Below, in pieces: positions 29,889 to 40,271 of a stretch of DNA of 64,000 nucleotides (positions are counted from its first letter, which is position 1; every line of letters begins with the position of its first letter). The DNA comes from Bacilli bacterium (GTDB taxonomy: Bacteria; Bacillota_I; Bacilli_A; RF39; UBA660). The notes beneath the pieces are model-generated. The model did no database searches. It was not told the DNA's origin and saw only the letters and a list, made by a program, of their open reading frames with translations. The stretch covers positions 5,267-69,266 of the forward strand of contig JAFWGF010000049.1 in assembly GCA_017512495.1 (NCBI GenBank), written 5' to 3'. The translations under genes were made by a program, and so were the position numbers.

Positions 29889-31533
29889 AATAATAAGATT
29901 CTAAAGCATAGAAGAAAGCTCCTCCTCGACTGTCATCAGGATCAGTACTTCTTTGAGACCAAACAGTAGCAGTTGATATCCAAATGTTATTGTTAGTAGT
30001 CAAAGGATCTACTGTGTAAGTATAACCGTTAGTTGAATTATAACCGTACATTATAATAGAGTGATTCCAGAAAGGAGTTGCATACCTTCCATTACCCATC
30101 GCTGCATAAACTATTTTTCCTTCATTTAAGGCACTATTTAGTTGTTCTAAACTATATATAGGTGTTCTTTTAATGTGATAAGCATCAGTTGCATAAACGA
30201 TAGCTAAACCACCAGAACCTTTGGCAATCTTATTAAACTCATTAGTATTATAGTATAAATAATCAGCTACTTGATTTGGATATATTGTTCTTCCTAAAAT
30301 AGAAGAGAAAGCCATTGCAAAGGCTGTAGGACCACAACCATTTTTACCAAAGATAGATAGTCCGTAAGTTATATTACTCCATCTACCATCATATTGATTA
30401 AAGTAAGGAACATTATTGTAATAAAGTTTATTATTATAATAATTTTTAGTATAAATATAAATATTTCTAGTATCACTAGCAATTTCCTCGTTATATTTTG
30501 AATATAAAGCAATTTTAATAGTATGACTACCTAAACTCATATTTGAAATATCTATATATCCATATATTCCGGGATTTGGATTTTCATTAACAGTCCCATA
30601 GCCAGTAATAGCATTTATTACATCTGGACGTCCAATACGATTAATATTAGTATTAGTCAAAGCACCATCAACAAATACTTTTATATAAGAATTAGGTTGA
30701 CTGCTCATTTCCCAACCGGATAAAAAGAAAGCATTATGAGTTTCTGATTGCTCTAAATAATCTATGTTTAGTCTAGATTTTACTTTTATTAGTTTGAAAA
30801 CTCTTTTTTGTTCTGATATAACTTGATTATTCTTGTTAGATATTAATTTCACTGTTAAAGTATGATATCCATCATTAAGTGATTCTACATTATAAACTTT
30901 ATAAAATCCAGGGTAGGTAGTATTTCTAGTATATTGATTACCATAAGCATCATAGACATCTTGACGCAATGATCTATTGTAATCAATAGCATTATTATCA
31001 AGATAAATTTCTAATTTAGCTTCATCGTCTTTAGCGGCAGACAGATACCATCCAAAAAATGCTATTTCTTTTCCATACATGAATGTAGTGGGACTATCAA
31101 TATTAATTAATGTCTTGGGAGCTTTTTTTATGAATGATCTATTAGCAATACTTAAAACTCTACCTTGACTATCTTTAGCAATAACTTTGATATTGTGTGA
31201 GCCATAATTTAAATAACTAATATTAAAACTTTCATCATATCCAGGAGTAGGATTTTCAGTTATAGTTCCATAGCCATTAATAGCTTTAATTACATCATTT
31301 CTTACTTGTCTACTAGAACTACTGATTATTTCACCATTATCTATTTGAAATTCTACCGTTGAATTTGGGGCTTCACTCATAACCCAACCAAGGACTCTTA
31401 TAGAATTAGAATAGCTTTGATTATTAACGGGATAATCAATATTAATTAATGTCTTGGGAATATTTTCTTCAGCATATACATTTATATTGATAAAAAAGCA
31501 TAGAAGTAATAACAAGTAAAAGATTTTCTTCAT
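29887..31533 (-). CDS. Secreted protein with three tandem ~115-aa Ig-like repeats and a C-terminal C39-like (papain-fold) cysteine peptidase domain
   Basis: Signal peptide. Repeats each start with PKTLINID. C-terminal Q...CGPTAFAM...HSIIMYGY catalytic arrangement. Confidence 0.6.
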   Translation of the reverse strand: MKKIFYLLLLLCFFININVYAEENIPKTLINIDYPVNNQSYSNSIRVLGWVMSEAPNSTVEFQIDNGEIISSSSRQVRNDVIKAINGYGTITENPTPGYDESFNISYLNYGSHNIKVIAKDSQGRVLSIANRSFIKKAPKTLINIDSPTTFMYGKEIAFFGWYLSAAKDDEAKLEIYLDNNAIDYNRSLRQDVYDAYGNQYTRNTTYPGFYKVYNVESLNDGYHTLTVKLISNKNNQVISEQKRVFKLIKVKSRLNIDYLEQSETHNAFFLSGWEMSSQPNSYIKVFVDGALTNTNINRIGRPDVINAITGYGTVNENPNPGIYGYIDISNMSLGSHTIKIALYSKYNEEIASDTRNIYIYTKNYYNNKLYYNNVPYFNQYDGRWSNITYGLSIFGKNGCGPTAFAMAFSSILGRTIYPNQVADYLYYNTNEFNKIAKGSGGLAIVYATDAYHIKRTPIYSLEQLNSALNEGKIVYAAMGNGRYATPFWNHSIIMYGYNSTNGYTYTVDPLTTNNNIWISTATVWSQRSTDPDDSRGGAFFYALESYY

Positions 31534-31641
31534 AACACCACTCCGTTTATTATATTATTACATAATTCAAAGGGTAATGCTTATTAATGTTCGGGGTGTT
31601 TACATTTATTGTCAAAAAAAACTACTGTTTTAGTAGTTTTT

Positions 31642-32034
31642 TTATTTGAGTTTATCAAAAACTTGATCTAAATCACTTAATTTTGATTCATCATAATTGA
31701 AATCTGCACCATCTTCTGGATATCTAGGTATTAAATGAATATGGAAGTGTTTTATTTCTTGACCTAATTCGTTGTTTTCTGCAAGTGTTAATCCCTGACA
31801 GTTTAATCTTTCTTTTAGTAATGGATATAAAGTATCTTTAATTACTTTAAGACTGTAAACAACTATGTCTTCTTTAATATCCATAATATTAACATAATGT
31901 TCTTTTGGCAATACTAGTAGATGTCCATCAGTAGATGGATTAATATTCATTATTACTTTTATTAAATCATCTTCATATACTGTTTTTGACGGTAACTCAT
32001 CATTAATTATTTTACAAAAAATACAATCATTCAT
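31642..32034 (-). CDS. HIT-family (histidine triad) hydrolase
   Basis: HFHIHLIP histidine triad. Confidence 0.85.
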   Translation of the reverse strand: MNDCIFCKIINDELPSKTVYEDDLIKVIMNINPSTDGHLLVLPKEHYVNIMDIKEDIVVYSLKVIKDTLYPLLKERLNCQGLTLAENNELGQEIKHFHIHLIPRYPEDGADFNYDESKLSDLDQVFDKLK

Positions 32035-32044
32035 TTTATCCCTC

Positions 32045-32800
32045 CTAATTTAAATATTTATATTGTATTTTACTATCTCTTAATATTTTTGAAGTGTTAT
32101 CACTCAAGATATCAGTAATTATCTTTTCATTGTTTTCATTAGTTATAAAATCTTCAGTTATATTGCTTATTTCAATTGATTCAGTGATATCACTACTATT
32201 AGTAACAACTAATTTGTAACTCTTTGGAGTTATCTTATTACTAGAACATTTCTTTATAAAATCAGTAATAGAACTAGTTATTTCTTTAGAATTCCAATCT
32301 TTAATTGTTAATTCTTTCTCAATACTATAAAACTTTAATTCTAATAGATTATCTTCTCTAATAATTCTATCTTGTACTTTAGAAGTGTATTTATCTAGAG
32401 TAGAAATTATTTCTACTTTTACACTAGTACTTATTTTGTTTCTAATACCATTCTCTAAATCTTTTTGTATTTTAGTAAATAGTTGTTTACCTTCAACATA
32501 GTCTTCTTTATAAGTATCACTTATTTTTCTATCAGAATATAAGATATAAAAAAAGTGATTTTTATTATCTATAGAAGTTATTTTCATTTTATAAACAGGA
32601 TTGTTGTATGAAACTTTACCTTTTTTAATACCTTCTTGAATGTCATTATAATTATTATCTAAATATTCTTGCATCTTTTTTTCTATTTTAGGAAGTAATA
32701 GTCCAGAAGACTTTTCTGTTACTATTATTACTCCAAAACAAACAAAAATTATGAATAAAAATGCATTTCTTGCGATTAAAAGTCTTCTTTGATTTGCCAT
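32045..32800 (-). CDS. Hypothetical membrane-anchored protein (N-terminal TM)
   Basis: Coding-like ORF. No family recognised. Confidence 0.45.
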   Translation of the reverse strand: MANQRRLLIARNAFLFIIFVCFGVIIVTEKSSGLLLPKIEKKMQEYLDNNYNDIQEGIKKGKVSYNNPVYKMKITSIDNKNHFFYILYSDRKISDTYKEDYVEGKQLFTKIQKDLENGIRNKISTSVKVEIISTLDKYTSKVQDRIIREDNLLELKFYSIEKELTIKDWNSKEITSSITDFIKKCSSNKITPKSYKLVVTNSSDITESIEISNITEDFITNENNEKIITDILSDNTSKILRDSKIQYKYLN

Positions 32801-32934
32801 TTTATCACCAACTTTATTTTATCTTAATATTCAAAATAATGCAATTTTGTTTATTTTTATAAAAAAGGTTGTGTTGCTATTTTTTTTGTGATATATTATT
32901 TAATAGATTAGAGTATGACATTGGTGGTGTTTTT

Positions 32935-34590
32935 ATGGCTTTAGAAGAAAAAAGAAATAACGTTAAATTTCAAGGAAGAGATGATTATTCTGTTGTATAT
33001 TATGATGTACTAGAAACAGGTAAAAAGTACTTTTTTCTTGATGAGGGAAAAGAAAGATTAAATAATGGTAATGTTATTGCGACAACAAGTTTAAAAGTTG
33101 CAATAAATGCTAGTACACCTGAAGAAACAGTCGAAATTGGTGTAATTAGTCCTGAAGGAGTAGAAGTTATTCCATTTAATCATAGAAAGATTAAAAAGGT
33201 AGATGATAATACTCTTTTAGCTGAAATATCTACACCTGTTAGTGAAAATGTTATTAAGGCAGCAGCAGATAGAAATCAACCACAAGAAGCTACTAGATTA
33301 GTAGGAGCAGCTAATACTATTAAAGAAAAGATAAATAATAGTATGGGTCCTGAAGGTAGTTTCATCTTTAATGATTTGTTTTCTGAAGCTACTATCTATG
33401 ACATAGATGGTAATAATTTAGTTGATGGGCAATATTTTAGTTTTATTGGAAAGAATAATGATAGTTTGTTCTTAAGTACTAATGATCCTGAATTTGAACC
33501 TATTTCTATAGAACTTAAAAAAGAAGAAGTTATGCCTGAAGCAGCAGTTACTGAAGGGGTTGTTACTCCAGAAGTAGCTCCAGCCACTAATGAAGAGAAT
33601 AATATAGATGTTAGTGAAGTAAAAGTAGAAGAAAATGTAGTAGATGATGCATTTAATAATGAAGTAGCAGAAAATATAGAGGCTGTAGAACCAATAGCAA
33701 ATGAAGTTGAAGCTGCTACAGAAGAAGTTATGCCTGAGGAAACAGTAGAAGATACACAATCAGTTGAGACATTAGATGATACTGCTGTAGAAAGCATTGT
33801 TGAACCAGTAACAGAAGAACAATCAACTGATACACTTGAAGACACTGTAGAAGAAAGTGTTGTAGAACCAATTGCAGAAGAAAAATCAGTTGAAGAAAGT
33901 GTAGAAAATGTTTCAGTACCTGAAGATGTTTCAGTACCTATTGCAGAATCTACAGAAGAAGTTGTAGAAGTTCCAGCTGCAGAAGAAATTAGTCCTGAAG
34001 AAGTAATGGCTGAGTTAAACTATAACTATAATCCAGAAGATGAAAAAGAAGTAGAATTAAATCTTCAAGCAATGGATGAAGATAATGACTTGGATAGTGA
34101 TAGATTACAAGATTATGAAGTAAAAGTAGATTCTATTGATAGACGTGATAGCTTTGATAATCTAGTTGAAGAAAGTGGTTATAGAGAAACTGATATGGCT
34201 GAGGGTACAATAATTATCCAAAGACTTATTAATACAGTAAAAGAGCAATCATCAAAAATTGATCAATTAGAAAGTAGTTTAGCTGAACAAAAGGATATTA
34301 ATAGAAGTGCTGTTAGAAAAGTAAAAGAACAAGAAGATAGAATTGGTGCTCTTAGTACCGAAAATAATAAATTAGAAGAGCAAAATAATTATTTAGATAG
34401 AGTAGCTACTACTCTTGCAGCACAAAATGATGAATTAAAGAATAAAGTTAAAGATAATGATAAATTCTTAGAGCAATTAAGAATTGCTAAAGAAGTATTA
34501 GATGGTAGATATGAATCAAAATATGACTTTGGTCAAGAAGAACCAAGATATTCATTTGACGATAGAAATATCTACAGAAGAATTTCTTAA
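32935..34590 (+). CDS. Hypothetical protein with a highly acidic low-complexity (E/V/T-rich) middle region and a C-terminal coiled coil
   Basis: Start ATG 32935 (MALEEK). Low-complexity region explains the antisense ORFs. Confidence 0.5.
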   Translation: MALEEKRNNVKFQGRDDYSVVYYDVLETGKKYFFLDEGKERLNNGNVIATTSLKVAINASTPEETVEIGVISPEGVEVIPFNHRKIKKVDDNTLLAEISTPVSENVIKAAADRNQPQEATRLVGAANTIKEKINNSMGPEGSFIFNDLFSEATIYDIDGNNLVDGQYFSFIGKNNDSLFLSTNDPEFEPISIELKKEEVMPEAAVTEGVVTPEVAPATNEENNIDVSEVKVEENVVDDAFNNEVAENIEAVEPIANEVEAATEEVMPEETVEDTQSVETLDDTAVESIVEPVTEEQSTDTLEDTVEESVVEPIAEEKSVEESVENVSVPEDVSVPIAESTEEVVEVPAAEEISPEEVMAELNYNYNPEDEKEVELNLQAMDEDNDLDSDRLQDYEVKVDSIDRRDSFDNLVEESGYRETDMAEGTIIIQRLINTVKEQSSKIDQLESSLAEQKDINRSAVRKVKEQEDRIGALSTENNKLEEQNNYLDRVATTLAAQNDELKNKVKDNDKFLEQLRIAKEVLDGRYESKYDFGQEEPRYSFDDRNIYRRIS

Positions 34591-34653
34591 TAAATAGAAC
34601 CAACTAAATAGTTGGTTTTTTTGTATAATTGATTTTTTTATGTTAAAATAATA

Positions 34654-35424
34654 GTGGTTTTACGAAGAGGTGGTAATGTGCTAGAAATTAAGAATATTAA
34701 TTGTTCTATCACTGATAGTGATTTAAATATATTAAAAGGTTTATCTTTAAAAATCAAAGAAGGAGAGACTCATGTTATTATGGGACCTAATGGTACTGGA
34801 AAAAGTACTTTAGCTAAAGCGATAATGGGTCATTATAAATATAATATTAATAAAGGAGATATATTGATTGATAAAGAAAGCATTTTAAATTTATCAGTTG
34901 ATGAGAGAGCTAAAAAAGGATTGTTCCTATGCATGCAAGATCCTACTGTAATAGAAGGAGTAAGTAATAGTGAATTTTTAAGAACAGCACTTAGTTCTAA
35001 AACAGGGGAAAAAGTCAACTTATATAGTTTTATTACTGATATGGAACAATCTATGAAAGATGTAGAATTAGATAGTAGTATGTTACATAGATCACTTAAT
35101 ATGGGTTTCAGTGGAGGAGAAAAGAAAAAGAATGAAATTCTTCAATTAAAAGTATTGAAACCTAAATATATTATTCTAGATGAAATAGATTCAGGATTAG
35201 ATGTAGATAGTTTAAGAATAGTTTGTGATAACATTAATAACTATATGAAAGAAAATAAAGAGGCTTCTTTATTGATTATCACGCATTATCCAAGAATTTT
35301 AGAGTATTTAAAACCTGATTATGTACATATCTTAAAAGATGGTAAGATTAGAAAGAGTGGAGATATTAGTTTAGCCTTAGAAGTTGAAAAAGAGGGTTAT
35401 ACTAGTATCAATGTAATGTCTTAG
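34654..35424 (+). CDS. sufC: Fe-S cluster assembly ATPase SufC
   Basis: ABC ATPase with Walker A GPNGTGKST, signature LSGGEKK, D-loop. The true start may be GTG 34678. Confidence 0.9.
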   Translation: MVLRRGGNVLEIKNINCSITDSDLNILKGLSLKIKEGETHVIMGPNGTGKSTLAKAIMGHYKYNINKGDILIDKESILNLSVDERAKKGLFLCMQDPTVIEGVSNSEFLRTALSSKTGEKVNLYSFITDMEQSMKDVELDSSMLHRSLNMGFSGGEKKKNEILQLKVLKPKYIILDEIDSGLDVDSLRIVCDNINNYMKENKEASLLIITHYPRILEYLKPDYVHILKDGKIRKSGDISLALEVEKEGYTSINVMS

Positions 35425-35434
35425 GGAGATTAAG

Positions 35435-36013
35435 ATGAATAAGATATTATATGTAATAGATGATAATAGTAATAATAATTATAAGTATGAAATAACTGAA
35501 GATACTATTATTTATCATTTTTCTATTAATAGTAGTAATAATGTAGAAATTAATTTAGTTAATGAAAATGTTAACTTATATTATTATTACAATAATATTA
35601 ATTATGATGATAATGAATTTAAGATAGATGTTAAACATAAAGTAGGGAATACTCATAGTGAATTATATAATCATGGAGTTAATGTCAAGAATAACAAGTT
35701 AACTTATTATGTTAATGGTATTGTTCCTAAAGAAAGCGCTAAATGTATTTGTAATCAAGAAAATCAAATTATAAATATAAATGATGGTAAAAGTACTATT
35801 TGTCCTAATTTATTAATAGATAATTATGATGTAGATAGTAATCATGGTGCTTATATAGGGAGATTTAGTGAAGAAAAAATATTCTATTTAATGAGTAGAG
35901 GAATTAATAGAGAGGATGCGACTAAGCTATTATTAAATAGTTATTTAATTAATAGTGATAGTATAGATCTTAATAAGATTGATAAGTTTATAAAAGAAAT
36001 AGAAAAAATATAG
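35435..36013 (+). CDS. sufD: Truncated SufD-like protein (192 aa versus about 430 aa typical)
   Basis: C-terminal HGAYIGRFSEEKIFYLMSRGI signature shared by SufB/SufD. Position between sufC and sufS. Confidence 0.6.
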   Translation: MNKILYVIDDNSNNNYKYEITEDTIIYHFSINSSNNVEINLVNENVNLYYYYNNINYDDNEFKIDVKHKVGNTHSELYNHGVNVKNNKLTYYVNGIVPKESAKCICNQENQIININDGKSTICPNLLIDNYDVDSNHGAYIGRFSEEKIFYLMSRGINREDATKLLLNSYLINSDSIDLNKIDKFIKEIEKI

Positions 36014-36024
36014 GAGGTGATTAA

Positions 36025-37218
36025 ATGAATCGTGAAGATTTTCCTATGTTAAAAAAAGATATAGTTTATTTTGATAATGGAGCTACTACTTTAAAGCCTA
36101 GAGTAGTAATTGATAAGATGAATAAGTATTACTTAGAACATACTTCTAATATTCATCGAGGAGATTATGAAGCTGCGATTAAAACTAATGAATTATATGA
36201 TGGGGTTAGAGATTTAGTTAGTAAGTTTATTAATTGTAATAGTGATGAAGTTATTTATACTGCTGGAACTACTATGTCAATTAATATGGTTGTTTTTGGA
36301 TATATGAGAAAGTATCTAAAAAAAGGAGATGTAGTATTACTTAATAAAGCAGAACACGCATCTAATGTCTTACCATGGATTAAATTAAGAGAAGAAATTG
36401 GTTTTGAAATTAAATATGTTCCTTTAAATAAAGATTATGAATTAACAATAGATAATATTAAAAAATGTGTTACTGATAAAACTAAAGTAGTTTCTCTTGC
36501 ACATGTAAGTAATGTTGTAGGGGATGTTAGAGATGTTAAAAGTATTGGTAAATATTGTAGAGATAAAGGAATTATCTTTTGTGTAGATGGGGCTCAAAGT
36601 GTTCCTCATATGAAAGTAGATTTTAAAGAAAGTAATATGGATTTCTTAAGCTTTTCAGGGCATAAGATGTGTGGACCTACAGGAGTAGGAGTACTTGTTG
36701 GTAGAAAAGAATTATTAGAAGAGATGGATCCATTATGTTTTGGTGGGGGAATGAATTCTTTCTTTGAAGAAGATTATTCTTATGAATTAAAGACTGTTCC
36801 AACTAAATTTGAAGCTGGTACTCCACCAATTGCTGAAGTAATTGGCTTAGGAGAAGCAATTAAATATTTAATGAGTATTGGAATGGATAAGATACATAAT
36901 TATGAAATGGATTTAAAGAAATATTTAATTGAAAAAATAAAAGATATTGATAACTTGATTATTTATAATAAAAATACTGATAGTGGTATAATATCTTTTA
37001 ATATAGATGGTGTATTTGCTCAAGATACTGCTATTTATCTTAATCATTATCATATTTATGTAAGAGCAGGTAATCATTGTGCTAAGATGTTAAAAGATGA
37101 AATAAATATTAAGAATACAGTTCGTGTTAGTATGTATTTTTATAATAATAAAGAAGATATAGATAAATTAGTAGATGTATTAAAGAATAGTAAAGATATC
37201 TTTAAAGTAATAATATAG
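36025..37218 (+). CDS. sufS: Cysteine desulfurase SufS
   Basis: Class V aminotransferase. PLP lysine motif (SGHK), catalytic Cys in HHC. Confidence 0.9.
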   Translation: MNREDFPMLKKDIVYFDNGATTLKPRVVIDKMNKYYLEHTSNIHRGDYEAAIKTNELYDGVRDLVSKFINCNSDEVIYTAGTTMSINMVVFGYMRKYLKKGDVVLLNKAEHASNVLPWIKLREEIGFEIKYVPLNKDYELTIDNIKKCVTDKTKVVSLAHVSNVVGDVRDVKSIGKYCRDKGIIFCVDGAQSVPHMKVDFKESNMDFLSFSGHKMCGPTGVGVLVGRKELLEEMDPLCFGGGMNSFFEEDYSYELKTVPTKFEAGTPPIAEVIGLGEAIKYLMSIGMDKIHNYEMDLKKYLIEKIKDIDNLIIYNKNTDSGIISFNIDGVFAQDTAIYLNHYHIYVRAGNHCAKMLKDEINIKNTVRVSMYFYNNKEDIDKLVDVLKNSKDIFKVII

Positions 37219-37226
37219 GTGATTAT

Positions 37227-37643
37227 ATGGATGAGAATTTCAGAAGAGAAATAATATTAGATAATTACAGTGATCCTATGAATAGAGGACTAATAGAAGA
37301 CGATAGTTATTTAAAAACTCGTACTAATAGTGAAAGTTGTATTGATGATTTGAACTTCATGATGAAGATTGAAGATAATATTGTCAAAGATATTAGATTT
37401 GATGGAGAAGCCTGTGCTATTAGTACTAGTGCTACTTCAATAATGATAAGATACTTGATTGGAAAGACTGTAGAAGAAGTAAGAGAAATACTTATTAATT
37501 ATCAGAATATGATTAATGAAAAAGAGTATAATAAAGAATTATTAGGGGAATTAAATGTATATGATAATATACAGCCTAATCGAAAGAATTGTGCACTAAT
37601 ACCTAGTGTTGCAGTAGAAAAAATGTTAGAAAATTTAAAATAG
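37227..37643 (+). CDS. sufU: Fe-S scaffold / sulfur acceptor SufU (IscU-like)
   Basis: NifU-like N-terminal domain with conserved Cys residues (GEACAIS). Confidence 0.8.
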   Translation: MDENFRREIILDNYSDPMNRGLIEDDSYLKTRTNSESCIDDLNFMMKIEDNIVKDIRFDGEACAISTSATSIMIRYLIGKTVEEVREILINYQNMINEKEYNKELLGELNVYDNIQPNRKNCALIPSVAVEKMLENLK

Positions 37644-37665
37644 TATGTGTTAGGGGGAGTTTTAA

Positions 37666-38175
37666 ATGAGACATACAAAAATTAGTGCTGATAAGGTACG
37701 TATAGGACAAGTAAGATATTTTGATATAGAAAGGAATGCTACAGAAATACCTGAAGATAAAGCTTATGCTTTTCTAATAAATGTTAATGGGGTATATATA
37801 AATCCATTTAATCCATTAGAAGAATTACCAGTGTATGATAGAGAGCGAGGAGAAAATTATACACTAGATGGAGTTCCACATGGTACTAAAATAAAGTTAG
37901 TAAATGGAGAAGTTAAGGAAGGACCTTGCTATGTTTTGGAAAAAACTGATGGTAGAGAAATCTTTGATAAAGATATAGTTACTATAAGTGATATGGAAGA
38001 TTATATGTTCGCATCTAATAATTTCTTTGTTGATAGAATGGATGTTGCTAAAGCAAATCGTTGGAAACCTAAAGAAATGTTATATAGATATTTCCAAATG
38101 GAAGAAGATTATATTCAAAAAATGAATTTAGATATGTATTTAAATAGAGAAAAAGAAAAAGTAAATACTAAATAG
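37666..38175 (+). CDS. Hypothetical 169-aa protein inserted between sufU and sufB
   Basis: GGGGGAG RBS. No family recognised. Confidence 0.5.
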   Translation: MRHTKISADKVRIGQVRYFDIERNATEIPEDKAYAFLINVNGVYINPFNPLEELPVYDRERGENYTLDGVPHGTKIKLVNGEVKEGPCYVLEKTDGREIFDKDIVTISDMEDYMFASNNFFVDRMDVAKANRWKPKEMLYRYFQMEEDYIQKMNLDMYLNREKEKVNTK

Positions 38176-38189
38176 ACTGAGGTGGTTAA

Positions 38190-39503
38190 ATGGAAGTAAT
38201 TGGATTAAGTAAAGATAAAATTAAGACAATTTCTTCTATAAAAGGTGAAGAAGAGTGGATAAAGAAATATCGACTTGATAGTTATAAGAAATTTGAAGAA
38301 CTTGGAATGCCTGAGTTTGGACCTGAAATAGATTTGGATTTTGAAAAGATTATTTATTATAAAAATAATTCTCAAGATGATAAGATTATGAGTGATTGGA
38401 ATAATGTTTTAAAACCAATAGTTGATGATCTAGATTCAGTAGGAGTTCGAGAAGCTGAGATTCATATGGGAGGAATGGGAGTCCAATATGAAAGTGAAGT
38501 AATATATCATTCGATGTTAAAGGAAATTGAAGAAAAGAAAGTAATCTTTACTTCGATTGAAGATGCGATGAAGAAATATCCAGAACTTGTTAGAAAGTAT
38601 TTTGGAAAAATAGTAAGTAATGCTGATAATAAGTTTGCTGCTTTAAATGGAGCAGTATTCTCAGGAGGAAGCTTTATCTACATACCACCTAATACTAAGT
38701 TAGATAGACCTCTACAAAGTTACTTTAGAATTAATAGTCGTAATATGGGACAATTCGAAAGAACTTTGATAATTGTTGATGATAATAGTGATTTGCATTA
38801 TATAGAAGGATGTACAGCTCCTACCTATAGTGAATCTAGTCTACATGCTGCAGTAGTAGAAATATACGTTGGTAAGAATAGTAAATGTCGTTATTCAACA
38901 GTTCAGAACTGGGCTAATAATGTTTATAATTTAGTTACTAAAAGAGCTCTTGTAGATGAGAATGGTACTATGGAATGGATTGATGGTAATATTGGTTCTA
39001 AAGTTACTATGAAGTATCCTGCCTGTATTTTAAAAGGTAATAATTCCAAAGGAACTTGTATAACAATTAGTGTAGCTGGTTCTGGTCAAATACAAGATAC
39101 CGGAGCTAGAATGATACATTTAGGTAAGAATACCACAAGTAATATTATTTCTAAGAGTATTGCTAGAAATGGTGGGAATGCTACTTATCGAGGCAAAGTA
39201 TTAATTAATACTAAATCAGAGAACAGTGAAGCAAGTGTTAAATGTGATACATTAATTTTAGATGAATTATCTAAGAGTGATACTATTCCTAATAATTCTT
39301 GTTTTAATAAGAATAGTACTTTAGAACATGAAGCAACTGTATCTAAGATAAATGAAGATAATCTATTCTATTTAATGAGTAGAGGTATTTCTCATGAAAG
39401 AGCAATGGACTTAATAATTTTAGGCTTTATTGAAAAATTTAGAGAAGAATTACCTATGGAATATGCAGTAGAATTAAATCAATTAATAAAAAGAAACTTA
39501 TAA
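38190..39503 (+). CDS. sufB: Fe-S cluster assembly protein SufB
   Basis: HEATVSKINEDNLFYLMSRGI signature. 437 aa. Confidence 0.9.
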   Translation: MEVIGLSKDKIKTISSIKGEEEWIKKYRLDSYKKFEELGMPEFGPEIDLDFEKIIYYKNNSQDDKIMSDWNNVLKPIVDDLDSVGVREAEIHMGGMGVQYESEVIYHSMLKEIEEKKVIFTSIEDAMKKYPELVRKYFGKIVSNADNKFAALNGAVFSGGSFIYIPPNTKLDRPLQSYFRINSRNMGQFERTLIIVDDNSDLHYIEGCTAPTYSESSLHAAVVEIYVGKNSKCRYSTVQNWANNVYNLVTKRALVDENGTMEWIDGNIGSKVTMKYPACILKGNNSKGTCITISVAGSGQIQDTGARMIHLGKNTTSNIISKSIARNGGNATYRGKVLINTKSENSEASVKCDTLILDELSKSDTIPNNSCFNKNSTLEHEATVSKINEDNLFYLMSRGISHERAMDLIILGFIEKFREELPMEYAVELNQLIKRNL

Positions 39504-39575
39504 ACGATTGAATTGACAATCGTTTTTTTTAGAATTAAAATTAGCTTAGGAGGACATATATGAAATACGATATAG
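39503..39575 (+). repeat. Copy 1 of a ~73-nt direct repeat (terminator hairpin + spacer + RBS + first codons)
   Basis: aacgattgaattgacaatcgtttttttt...ttaggagg...atatatgaaatacgatat is about 90% identical to 40199-40271. Confidence 0.8.
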
Positions 39576-40192
39576 CAATGCAACTATTAAATGCAGGAAT
39601 TATTAAACAAGAAGAGTTCGAATTAGTAAGTAAAGTACTTGAAGGAGTAAAACTTTCCAAAGAGGATCTTGAAAGAGGAGATTTAACAAAGATAAGTGAT
39701 CGTTATAAAGAGTTTTTAGGTTTTACTGATAATGGTACCTTTGAAATAAAGAGAATTGTTGATGAAAAGTTTACTTTAATCTATACCAAATTCACATTAT
39801 TTTTATCAATTACCGTAAATAAATTAGGACAACTTAAATTACATATTAATGAATTTATAGCTGATGGTTTTGATCTTGCAGGAACTTATATACTTGATAA
39901 AGACTTCGATGAAGATCAAGTGAAGGTAAGTTTTTATGATAAAGATGCTACTAAAACAATAATAGAATCTGCCAATCAAAACATTTTAGATGATTTAATT
40001 AATAGTCGTCTTGATACAAGAGATTGTCAACAATGTGGCTTATTCCCAGATAAAGAAGGCATAATTGAAGAAGATAATATAATAAACTTAGTTTCTAATC
40101 TTATAAGACCTTCTAAAACTAATATTGGTTCTTTTGATGAAGAATTAAATAAAGTAACTGAATTTAGTAGTGAAAAACATAGTAATAAATAA
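39560..40192 (+). CDS. Hypothetical protein, paralog A (210 aa)
   Basis: Shares with 40256-40882 the N-terminus MKYDIAMxLLxxGxIxxExxELVSKxLxGV and the C-terminal LIxPxxTxIGSFDE motif. Confidence 0.55.
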   Translation: MKYDIAMQLLNAGIIKQEEFELVSKVLEGVKLSKEDLERGDLTKISDRYKEFLGFTDNGTFEIKRIVDEKFTLIYTKFTLFLSITVNKLGQLKLHINEFIADGFDLAGTYILDKDFDEDQVKVSFYDKDATKTIIESANQNILDDLINSRLDTRDCQQCGLFPDKEGIIEEDNIINLVSNLIRPSKTNIGSFDEELNKVTEFSSEKHSNK

Positions 40193-40198
40193 TTATAA

Positions 40199-40271
40199 AA
40201 CGATTGAATTGACAATCGTTTTTTTTATGATTAAAATTAAGTTAGGAGGGTATATATGAAATACGATATTG
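40199..40271 (+). repeat. Copy 2 of the ~73-nt direct repeat
   Basis: See copy 1. Confidence 0.8.

Noticed and set aside
33396-33845. Two minus-strand ORFs (149 and 95 aa) inside the acidic-protein gene.
   Set aside because: They are antisense to a low-complexity GAA/GTT-rich coding region, giving typical spurious S/T- or F/Y-rich frames.
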